From the NCBI GenBank assembly GCA_904063045.1, contig CAJFCJ010000009.1:600942-664941 (forward strand): DNA of 64,000 bases, in the 5' to 3' direction. Position numbers and translations under genes: made by a program. Under the pieces are notes generated by a model. It was not told where the DNA came from and ran no database searches. It saw nothing but the letters and a program-made list of their open reading frames with translations. This stretch comes from Dimorphilus gyrociliatus (Eukaryota > Animalia > Annelida). Positions 50,788-62,618 of the stretch are shown in pieces (the stretch's first letter is position 1; every line of letters starts with the position of its first letter).

Positions 50788-53700
50788 ATTCAGCATTGGC
50801 GTAACTGAGAAAAGAGCGTCTTTTACAAGGCAGATGGCGTGTTAGTAACGTTTCTTATATAATGAAATATAAACAATAAATTAGACATTATCCTACGATA
50901 AATTCTATTTATGACATATGTGCTATATATCATTTTGTTTATATAGCGAATATTTGCGTGTTTCGTGTATTTAAGGTTTATATCCGTGTTTGTATATAGG
51001 TGTCGTTAATAGTTACTTGTTTATTTTCTATCGTTAGCTAATTATGCTAAACCAAAATCTAAATTGATATTGGATCGAACAACTGCATTAGCTCTATGGG
51101 TATCTCAATTTCCTTAAAAAAGGCAAAGCAATAGACGCCCCTTTTTTAACACCACTAGAAATTACTTTTTGAACAAAAGTCGCGAGTTTATAGGCCTGCG
51201 AAATTCGAACAATCGATATAGTACTAGACGCCATCTAGGCTAATGTCAAGGCCATTAGGAGACGCCTTTTTAGAGTAGACGTTCTAAAGTGTATTGAAAA
51301 ATATAAAATGACCGCCAATCATAATTCGACAAATTCGTTAATTGGCGTTAAACCAGTCAATGCCGTTCAACTACGATCAGCTCTTCCGGCTAAGATAGTT
51401 AAGAAGAATTTTAGGTATGATAATAAAATGTAGATTACCCGTTTGATGTAGCGTATTGTAATCTATTTATTATTTTTAACATATTAGCCTGTGTATGTAG
51501 TATACAGTAAACGTACGTATACACTACTATACGCACATTTACAGTATTGCAGTATAACTGTTTGTAGCATGAATATATAACAGTCTATATATGCAAAAAA
51601 AAAGACTTTTTTCTATTAAAATATGTGTTCTTTATATATTTATATGGTATAGATAAATCTATATAAAAGCTATGTTTATAAAATATAATATGCTAAATGG
51701 ATAAAATATACTAAATATATCGAAATTGAAGAAAAGTTGGTATTCGCCAGGGGTCGTCAATGTCGCCATCAATACACTTAAAAGCCGAGTTTGTCAATTG
51801 CTATACTGTAAATTTGACCAACTGACGCCTTTTTCTATCGGATTATGAAGAATGATAACACCATAAAAATGTCTTGTATAAGAAACAGGTGGAATAGTCG
51901 ACGTCTATGAGCATAAATCTCTTTTAAATCGCTCTATATTAAGAAATACTTATTCTATTCATTTTAAACAGAAACCTTGGTAAATCGGGCTTGAGAGTAT
52001 CCAATATCGGTCTAGGTAAGTGCGTTTTTCTCCGTCTATATTCATTTAATTTACTAAGGGAATAAGATAAGTCTGTGTCAAGACGCTCGGGACTGATAAA
52101 CTAGTTAAAGATTGACTTTTTACTATTTCTTATAGGTACATGGGTAACTTTCGGAGCACAAATTCCAGATGAGGTGAGTATATAAACACTTAACCACTTG
52201 CAAAAACGAGATATTGTTACAAAAAACAGATTGCTGAAGAGATGCTTACTCTCGCCTACGAAAGCGGAATAAACGTAAGTATGATGAATCCAATTTTTTT
52301 TTTTTTTATAAAAACAAGTCACTCTTTATTAGCTATATATTTATATATATATAATGTATATATATTAATATACACGATGTACTGCTTATATCTAGTGTAT
52401 CTCTATAAGTGCTTAAATTAGCATCCCATACAAAAGTCTTAGGCCTACGAATGTAAAAATATTAGATATAGACCTATATGTGAATAAAAGAAAAAAAAAG
52501 CTACTGCAATTTTATTAAATAGTCTGAAAAACTTCTAGGTATTCGACACGGCAGAAGTTTACGCGGCTGGAAAGTAAGTGAATAGAAAAAAAAATATTCC
52601 TTATCCGTTCCGATTCCTTAATTACATAGACGCCGAATTTAGGGCAGAAATTGTTCTTGGAAAATTACTTAAGAAGAAAGGATGGAGGCGATCCAGCTAT
52701 ATCGTGACTACAAAGATATACTGGGGTGGGAAGTAAGTATATACATACCTTTAAAGCCATTTAAAGGATGAAATAATTTTAGTTATTTAGTCTTTTCCCT
52801 TCCCTCTCTCCCTCTTTCTGTAGAACCCTTTTAACAGGACCTTTAATCTATCTATCTATTAATATAAATTGTGTATGCTTTGTACATATGTATTAGCAAT
52901 GCTTGTTTCTAAATAAATTATTGTGTAGATACGCTTATTCGTATAGTCTGTATAGATGGTAGAGTATGTACAATAGATGTTATAACGAATATAAATGCGT
53001 AATCCTCCTAGAGCCGAGACGGAAAAAGGATTATCTCGCAAGCATATTATTGAAGGCTTAAAAGCCTCTTTAGGTGAGTTGCATACTTAATATCATCTTA
53101 TAGTTAAATGTTGATAAGTATACAATCTTATTGTATATAATTGCGTATTGTTATTAATAGAAATGTGATATATATATATATATATGTACTAATATATCAG
53201 AAATGTATACTTTTTCTGCTTATTTTAATCTTTTAAAATAAAATATCATTGCAGAGAGACTGCAGTTGGAATATGTCGATATTGTGTTCGCTAATAAACC
53301 AGATCCACATACACCTATGGAGGGTTTGTTTTAAAAATAAAAACAAACCTCTATCAGAAAGAAAACAACAATTTATTCTCTTTCTCTTTACAGAAATCGT
53401 CCGAGCATTCAGTTATATAATCGATAAAGGATGGGCAATGTATTGGGGCACGTCTAGATGGTCTACTATGGAGATAATGGTGAGTTCTTGACTTCAATCA
53501 ATTTGTACTTAGGGGAATGACTTTGTGCGATATATAGATCTGTATACACTGCTACAGTGTTTTATACGCTCTTACATCGACATATGTCACCTTAGTGTTG
53601 ATTTAATATTATAATATAGATGTCGCTAACTAGAATATTTTTCTTCCCCTTAGGAAGCGTATTCTGTAGCCCGACAATTTAATTTAATACCCCCGATAGC

Positions 53701-54271
53701 CGAACAAGCAGAATATCACATCTTTCAAAGGGAAAAGGTAGAGCTGCATATGCCCGAATTGTATCACAAAATTGGTTTGGGAGCAATGACTTGGTCGCCA
53801 TTGGCGTGTGGTTTTTTGACCGGAAAATACGAGGATGGCGTACCAGTTTATTCGAGAGCTTCTCAGAAGGGATACACTTGGCTGAAAGATAGAATACTAA
53901 GTGAAGAGGGAAGAAAACAGCAGGCCAAGCTAAGAGAAGTTCAAACAATTGCTGAAAAAATAGGTTGTAGCGCCGCACAATTAGCCATAGGTTCGTGGAA
54001 AAAGAACAATAGATTATAGAAAAAGCATAACAATACGCCATATAAGTGTTTTTTAATTTTTATTATTTCTTTTTAAATTGTAGCATGGTGCCTAAAGAAT
54101 GAGAATGTGCACTGCGTTCTTGTAGGAGCGTCTACAGTTGAGCAATTACATGAGAATTTGCAAGCGGTGCAATTTGTTCCCAAATTAACACCAGCTTTAA
54201 TGAATGAAATTGATAAGATTCTGGGAAACAAACCTACTCGAATTAGAGAGATACAACAGCCGCAAAGGTGA
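48526..54271 (+). CDS. KCNAB: Voltage-gated K+ channel beta subunit (Kv-beta/Hyperkinetic, aldo-keto reductase fold). Core exons 51972-52015, 52136-52173, 52230-52274, 52539-52573, 52643-52732, 53012-53073, 53255-53323, 53394-53479, 53654-53990, 54084-54271. Candidate first exons 48526-48596 or 50131-50153 (both via 50468-50617), or 51308-51414
   Basis: [87 protein letters not shown]. The core is near-unambiguous; the first exons are inferred from ATG context, donor consensus and phase-2 compatibility. Confidence 0.93.
50761..50786. repeat. (AAT)n microsatellite in a Kv-beta intron
   Basis: Direct reading. Confidence 0.9.
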
Positions 54272-55283
54272 CTAGAAGCCGGCCAGGCGACTTCTGGCCG
54301 ATCCTCTTCGCCACGTTCTCGCCCTCCTCCAGCTGCCATGGGAAATGCTGCTATGACAACACCCTGTAGTGTAATGTAAATAAGAGAATAAGCTATATCT
54401 TTAAACTAGGTTTCATCTTGCATTAGTTATACAGAAAAATATTAGTAAACTAATAACTACTCAATTTTCGTTATTCTAATTATATATGTACCGTCTTATA
54501 TAACATTATAGGTTGTGCTGTATCTAGGTCGTCTACTGAACGAGAGAAAGATGATATTTTTTGTCTCCAATAGGGAATTTTTTCCCTCCTTAAAGGTAAA
54601 GTAAATAACGAAATAGAGAAAATATACGTTAAACTTATACAACCTAAGCATAAATAATATACTTTATACCTAATTTAAATAAACTCAAAATGCAGAAAAA
54701 AGAAAAGAATCATATTTCATTGTCTTTTCCAGATAGAAGAAATCTAATTAATACTGTAATTAGTTGATTTAGAAATGAAATACTCTAATTATATAATTTC
54801 TATATAACTTAAGCAATGAAATACAAAATACTTTTTGCGCTAATCTTGTAAATACAATACCTAATCTAGTCGATAGTAGAGGAAAAATACATTAATAAAT
54901 GATAAGTAGTAAGTGTATACTTTAGTCTTTCTACTGCATATAGTGAATCTAAAATGTGCTTTAATTCTTAATTTTTAACGGGAAGAAAAGAAATTAAAGA
55001 AAAAAAGAGAGAGAGAATGAATGATAGAAGGTGAGAGTAAGTGGATGAGAAAATAAGAGATCTTATGCTCTTTCTTTAGGGATAAGCGAATCTGTGTATA
55101 CAACATTCTAATTATACTAATTTTACTTCATTTACTCGAAAACTTAATCAAGATAAATAGTTTGCTGCTAAGTAAGGAAGCAAGTTTTTTCAATGTATTC
55201 TACAAGAATAATATAATTGTCAATAGATGGCGCTATTTGTAATAATAAAAATTGTATATTCAATGCTTCAAGTAATAATACTA

Positions 55284-55286
<3 letters not shown>

Positions 55287-55332
<46 letters not shown>
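55287..55332. repeat. (AT)n microsatellite downstream of Kv-beta
   Basis: Direct reading; other (AT)n tracts lie near 22070, 41425, 59010 and 59467. Confidence 0.95.
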
Positions 55333-55333
<1 letters not shown>

Positions 55334-55768
55334 CTTTTATGTTATACGTATGTCTATATCATATTGAAAAAATACATCTATATAGATATATGAATATGTA
55401 TAATTAATGCATATTTTTGAACAGGTAAAGACGTTATTGAAATGCCAAAAATGTATATAAAACATATATATTTAATTGATATTATTTGTTTAATATGATT
55501 TTTTTTAATTGTTTTCGTTCCATTTGCCTAGCTCGATTATTATTAAACTTAATAAAGACAAAGTCAAATTAAGCGCAAGACTTGGGAATGTATTGAATCT
55601 TCTCTGATAATAACAAAGCATTATACACCAACCTTTAGTATTTTCTTGTATTTTATGAATAATAAACACTTTATTATATTTTTAAATATTAATATTAAGT
55701 TAAACGATTCATTTGTTAATATGAATTAGTTTTAGTTCTTCTTCCTCTTCTTCTTCGATAAACTGCTG

Positions 55769-55805
<37 letters not shown>

Positions 55806-56369
55806 GTCTTTTTATGTTTCTTCGTATCTTTATTAACAGAATGTCCTCATATTTAAAAAAGTTTCGTCGATTCATCAATATATATTGACATCCTCGTCTA
55901 CCTCGTACATTAATTTACCGAGTAACCTGCTTCTTAATAGTATTCACTGCATATTGAAATTATTACATTTAAATATCTTGTTTAATGATTTAATGAACAA
56001 CAACGTAAACTTGAATATATTAAAGAAAAAATACAAAGATGCTAAGATGTTCATTTGTGTTTTAGATAAAAAAGAAAAAGATAAAAAACAAGAATTTTTA
56101 AAGATAAAAATTCTCTGGTTTATATAAATAATTAATTGTATTAATTTTTAATTAGAGAAATCGTAGTACATTGTGTTTTTGTTAAGTTTCATTATCGGAA
56201 ACATCGGTTGCACGTAAAATATTCTCTCTCTTTTTTTTTTAATATTTTGTACACCCCTTCTGAGAACAGCTTTACCGATCTAAGAGAGGGCGTTACGATC
56301 GAACATAGCTATATTGCCCATGTCCATACAAACACTGCAAACATTCACCAACTGCAGCTTCGTTAGGTT

Positions 56370-59300
56370 ATGGCTGCTAAGTACGATAGGCCTAACAGGG
56401 CTGAAGATAACCAAATGGTAATTGGAGGTTAGTAGAGAATTCTTGTCTATTTATTTTCATTCGTTAAGTATATATGTAAGTTCATGTAGCTAAATATGTT
56501 TGGATATACTTTGTAAAAAAACTAAAGAAACTCTAAAAGACGTCCTACATAGGCGTCGGTATGTCTACTTTCTGGATTCGATATAAAAGAAAAGTATTAT
56601 ATACTTTTATCCATTCTAGAAAATGACCAAAAAAGTTGTTTAAGTTTACTCTATACGACCATTTAGTTTTAAAGAATCGGCAATAATTTATAGGTTGTAT
56701 ATATCACAACATATACTTACACTCTAGAGATTCTAAATTACAAGGAAGATATTGAAGAATAATATTTAGCGGATGTTTTTTTTTCTCTCCCTCTTTCTCT
56801 TCTCCTTCTCCTCTCTTCCCTAATATTTATTTATTTAACTTTATTTTTCTTACTAAATCTGTCAAGAAAGTAGCTTATTTTCTTTTTATTCATCCATCTA
56901 ATATATCAAATGAATTTGTTTTAAAGATTCTTATTAATCATATTAGTTGAATGGAAAAGGGTTGTAATCATTTTCAAGTGAATTATTTTCATTAATACGT
57001 AAGGCTTTAGAGGAATTAGGGGCAGAAGATGAGGAGACCAAAGACAATTACTGATTGAACGTAATAAGAAACGGCCCTTTCTAGCTAAATGGAAATCAGA
57101 GATAGCAATAATAAAATCGTAAAGCAAAACCATTGCTTTGCATATATAAAGGAGCAGTTCTCGATCGTTTTTCTGCCATAATGGATTCTTTTCAAATGAC
57201 TAGCATCCAATAACAAAGGCTTCAGTGAAGTGGACGCCGTTAAAATCTTTCCTTCTTAATTATTAACATCCGTATTCATTCAATTTACAAAGTAATAGCA
57301 ATTCATAATACTGCGTTATGCTTCCCTTATTTTTATTCCTTGCCCATCGATTTGTCTTTAAAGGTTATAGGCCTATGACCTTCATAATTTATTTTCTTAT
57401 TCCTTCATTTGTCATTCAAATTTCCTTTTTAGTAGAATTTCTTTCCTGTTAGAAAGATTAATTAAAAATTACCAAATAATATCAACGTTATATCTTAACT
57501 GTTAATTGTTATTTACATGACTTTAATACCGTTTTATTTGAACCCTATATTGTAGCAGAGGGGCATAGGAGAGAAATCTTTTATCCTTTCTTTATACATT
57601 TAATCTAATATTGCAGTACACTCTTGTGGTATATCATACATATTTATTATTTCATCCTATTAATTAATTATTACGTTTAATGTACATTTGTTTCATTCTA
57701 ACTCCCGCTATCCCTATTCTCCTCTTATGTCTAAATGATCTTTTACGTTTCGATTGTCAATATAATTTTCTATCTCCTACCTCCTCTCCCTCTCCTATTT
57801 CCTTTCCTCCCTTCTCCCTTACTTTCAATTTCACCTGTGAAAAAATTTCTTGGTGACTAATCGAAAAAATCTAGGCCTATAAAATTTATCGAAAAAACAG
57901 ACAACGGCGAAGCGGCAAAAGCGAGAACAGGATATCACTACGGTATGTTTAGAGATCAGGAGAGGATCTCAGGAAATATAAATACGCATAAAAATACATA
58001 TGTATAATAAGTATTGTACATAAATGTGGTAGAACAAGAAGAAATAAAAGCATATTATATGATATACAACTATACAACTATACAGTATATATCTACTTCC
58101 GAAAATGTACTGTATACGTATTCATATGTATAAATGTGTAAATATTATTGAAAAATTTTAAACAGACAGAATAATAGCTTTCTAAATGTTGTTCACTTCT
58201 TTTAACAATAATTTCTTTCTCTTTACTTTTTCTTATTTTCTCACCCCTTTTAATGTTTCTCTCTCTCTCTCTCTCTCTCTTTAAATTGCTTATGTAATTG
58301 GAAAGTACATTATTCCTACTTCTTTCCTTTCTAAATGTAATGGAATATGAAAGAATCTGTACTACATATTATTATTAGCCGAAAATGAGAAAATATAATG
58401 AAACTTGGACGAATATACCGTAATAAATATAGGGGCTTCAACAAAACAAGATCTACATATTTACTATATATATATATTGATATAGAAAGGAAAAGAAGAA
58501 GAAGAAGAAGAGGGGTTGAAGAGAAACATACAGAAATAGATAGAGTAAGAGATGAGCGAAATAAAGCAGAGAATAAAAGACAATAATACCCTAAAGCAAT
58601 TTTTTCTAAAATGAAAAGATAATAGATAATAAATTCAATTTTACAGAATCATTTTTATACTTGATTAAGTAATTATTGTTTTGAAAAAAAGTGACACACC
58701 CCAAAAAATTTCAATTAGCAGTCTTTCACAATCACAATAATAATTTTCTTAAAACACCAATATGCTACGTAACACAAATTAGCACTTAAAAGGGGAAAAA
58801 AATCTTCATTCTTCATTCAGTCATCATACTGCACAATTAGTTGCATGTTGTTATTCTTATCCGTTATTACGTATTGGATGCTATGTTCCCGCTTTTCTTC
58901 TTCTACCTACATCTTGCATAATTTATGAATTTACATAGCTTATATATCTTCATATAAGCTTTATTTTTGGATGTGTTAAGCCTATATTAACTTCTTTATA
59001 TATACAGTATATATATATATATATATATATATATTTTATAAATTCTATAAAACTATACGTATATCAAGATTAGTAGTATATGAGTAGAGAAACTGGAAAA
59101 TGACGTCCAATTCTAATTCTCGTGATCAAATTGTTAACTTTAAGGAAGAAGGTTAGAGTATGGCAGAAAACTTTGTTGTAATGTATTGTTTTTCTTTTCT
59201 TCGAAAAAGAAGAGAGAAGGTGGTTTTTTTTCGTGTATTTATAACACTGGCCTTTTTTCTTTAATCAAATTTTTATACGTAACACAGTATATTCACTCAA

Positions 59301-59461
59301 TTAATTTTTATATACTTAATATTTTATTATGTTTTCTTTTTTTTTTAAAAAAAAAACAAAATTAAGATTAATTGTAAAATAAAGTTTATAATGATTAAAT
59401 TAAATAGGAAAAAGCTAATTTTTTATGATAATTAAATATATATATATAGTATATATTACTA

Positions 59462-59503
<42 letters not shown>

Positions 59504-62323
59504 ATAAGGTAAAGCTTAATTTTTTTCTACGTTTATTTATTTTTGTTTTTCTTATCTTGTAAAATTTTTCAATGGTTTGTTTGTTTATAACATTTGTATT
59601 TTAGTTTTGAGATTTCAACATGGATAGTTCTCTTTATACAGCTGACGAGAGTACCGACGGATTGGGAATTTGTGGATGGGTTCTGACGATATTCGCTTGG
59701 TTCCTAGCTCTAGTCACTTTTCCGCTGTCACTTTGCGTTTGTATGAAGGTAAGCGTGCAAACAAGTTTGACGCAAGTATACAAGGCAATAACACTTTACA
59801 ATAAGACGATTAGTGAATAGGCCTAAAATCTACATTGTAGTAAGAGAACACACTAACATTTAAAAAATTGTTGAAAACATATTTTAAAAGTTATATAACA
59901 GTATCAGGTTAGTTTGTAGCCCAAATTATATTATTGAATATACAATATATACAATATATATAGGTCAGGGTATTGGAAAAAAGCTCTATTTTTATTGTGT
60001 ATTTAATTCTGAGACGTTTCCATCAACTCTCTGCAGGTTGTGCAAGAATATGAAAGAGCCGTGATTTTCCGACTTGGACGTCTCTTATCCGGAGGAGCTA
60101 AAGGTCCAGGTAATAAGAATTAGATGACACTTCTTTATTCTTCCTCATAAGCCTTAATTATAACTGCAAAGAAGGAGGATTACTTACTGCTTTTATTGCA
60201 TTATTTTTATTATTCTGCCAAAGCACGTGACCTTTAGGCTGTTCTCTCGTAGAGAAAAAAGCCAAGCCATTAATACAGATGGGGCGGTTTTCTCAGCGAT
60301 TCCACACCCCATTAATTTGCTATCGGCCTATTTTTTAGTATGATTAAATAAGGCGATAGGGACGAGCAAAGATATTATTTATATAGAGCTTTGTTCAATA
60401 TCTTTGCTTTTCACTTTCATCATTCATTTTCCCAAAAAAAAAATATAATCTCGTTCTTTCTCTTTCTCTCTCTCTTTCTTTTCTCTCTCCCCATCCCCCT
60501 TTCACTCTTTAAATCTACACCTATTTACACATAAGGGCTTTTCAGGAATTTTCTTCGTTCTACCCTGCATTGAGAGCTATACGAAGGTCGATTTAAGAAC
60601 AGTCTCGTTTGATGTGCCGCCTCAGGAGGTTTGTTGTACTGCAACACGTGACTAAATTTGTCCAATATACAGTTTTAGAGTGATCGTACGTTCTATTTGC
60701 ATAGGTAATATGACCATAGAGGAAGGAAGTAATATCAACTAGTTTAAATGGTGAACAAATGAGCAAGGAAAATCATAAATAATTAATAATTAATAAAATA
60801 TAAAATATAAAGGCCTTATTTAACAAATAAAGGGAATTCATTATACGCCATTAGGTTTTTAACTTAAAATAGAAGTACTTTATAATACGAAGGAATATTT
60901 AAATAAGTTTATTTTTGTTATAGAGATTGATGTTTACCAACTGCTAATTTTTTTTTACTCTTTCTCTTACATTCTTTTGGCTAGGTTCTGACCAAGGACT
61001 CTGTTACAGTCTCGGTAGACGCTGTCGTCTATTATCGAGTTAGTAACGCAACGGTTTCTGTAGCAAATGTCGAGAACGCTCACCACTCGAGTAATATTCT
61101 ATTTTTTATATATTTCATTATTTTTTATGTGATATCAACCTCCTAATCTAGAAAAATTTCTTGGAATTTTGTTACTTTTCCTTCATTTTCTGCCCTACAG
61201 CTCGCCTTCTAGCGCAAACTACTCTTCGAAATGTTCTGGGGACGAAAAACTTGAGTGAAATACTCAGCGAAAGGGAGGCTATCAGCAATTCGATGCAGGT
61301 CTTTATTTTTCTATCGAATTTACATCAATTCACGTATTTCATTAAGAATTCAGCTCAAAGTTAATCGATGAATGGAACAGCTGCTGACGTACACAGCTAT
61401 CCGTTCTGTAAAAAGCTTTCATCCACGAGGAGTTTGTACCGTCACTTTTTTACGCGGCTTTAAGCTTATAGTAGTGTTTTTTTTTTCTTTTGTTCGCTGG
61501 TAAATTACTAATAGACTTGTAATCAATAAAGAAGAAATCTCTTATGATTCTTAAAGATATATGTTGAAATAAACAGGGCTTAATATTTAACTATCGAAAA
61601 GGAAAAGCAGCTTGTTAGTGCAAATTCAAAACTCTTTTAGCCTGTATTTCGGCTTTAAATTCAAATTTGCCTCAAGTCAAGGTTATTTTAACTAGCTACA
61701 TCCTGTTTACAGCTAATTTTGGATGAAGCCACGACTAACTGGGGTATTAGAGTGGAAAGAGTAGAAATGTAAGCAAAATTTTGTTGTTTTTTCTTCGGTT
61801 TCTTTTCTTTTTAGTTTTCTCGCTCTCCTCCTTGATAATATTTGCTTGTAAATATTTAGAAAAGACGTTCGGCTACCTGTTCAATTGCAAAGGGCCATGG
61901 CAGCAGAAGCAGAAGCCGCTAGGGAAGCCAGAGCTAAAGTAAAAACTTTTAATTTATTTCATTTTTCATCTCGTTATTAAATGACAATTAATTTAATTTT
62001 TATCTATACGCTTCCTCTACACACCTACCATCACTTCAAAACTGCAAATAACTAGGTGATAGCAGCCGAAGGTGAAAATGACTCAGCGAGAGCTCTGAAA
62101 GAGGCCGCAGACGTTATGGCCGAAAGTCCTGCCGCCTTACAACTAAGATATCTACAGGTTTGTCCCTGATCTTGACCTCCATTTCCTGCTTTTACAAATA
62201 ATAAGACTAATGTTATAATTTTATTTCTCATTTTAGACACTATCAACAATCTCATCGGAAAAGAATTCTACCATTATTTTCCCTTTACCGATAGAGCTCA
62301 TATCACACTTTTCGTCCAAATGA
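56370..62323 (+). CDS. mec-2: Stomatin-family protein, MEC-2-like. Core exons 59642-59748, 60037-60109, 60546-60628, 60985-61090, 61201-61298, 61713-61768, 61860-61938, 62056-62157, 62237-62323. Candidate first exons 59100-59151, or 56370-56427 plus 57901-57942
   Basis: Hairpin anchor [24 protein letters not shown], then [95 protein letters not shown]. The core is secure; the first exons are less certain. Confidence 0.9.
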
Positions 62324-62562
62324 AATTTCAAAAGGCAGTAATTCTTCTGCAACTCAACTGTTTATTTTATCACTCATTTATCTCCTTTTCTTTTTACTTC
62401 ATATGCATTTTTTATGTAAAGAAAAGGGAGAAAAGAAATAGGACATAGGACTTAAGAAACAACTAAAAATATATAATATGACGGACATTGAAGATTTATT
62501 ATACTAAAGAATTTTACTAAAAAATACTATCTATTTTTTAACGATTTATTTCATACAAATAA

Positions 62563-62563
<1 letters not shown>

Positions 62564-62618
<55 letters not shown>
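62564..62618. repeat. (CT)n microsatellite downstream of the stomatin gene
   Basis: Direct reading; similar (CT)n tracts lie near 55775 and 58260. Confidence 0.95.

Noticed and set aside
54269-54300. UGA plus hairpin read as a selenocysteine/SECIS signal
   Set aside because: The hairpin is only 21 nt and lacks the AUGA/GA quartet and apical AA of a eukaryotic SECIS; Kv-beta is not a known selenoprotein. Readthrough fits better.
54073-54339. Minus-strand 88-aa ORF MAAGGGRERGEEDRPEVAW
   Set aside because: Antisense shadow of the last Kv-beta exon and its GC-rich extension; no independent features.
59620-59641. ATG at 59620 (MDSSLYT) as the stomatin start
   Set aside because: These bases form the pyrimidine tract and AG of a strong acceptor that is phase-compatible with upstream exons, so they are more likely intronic. 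Use as a minor start is not excluded.
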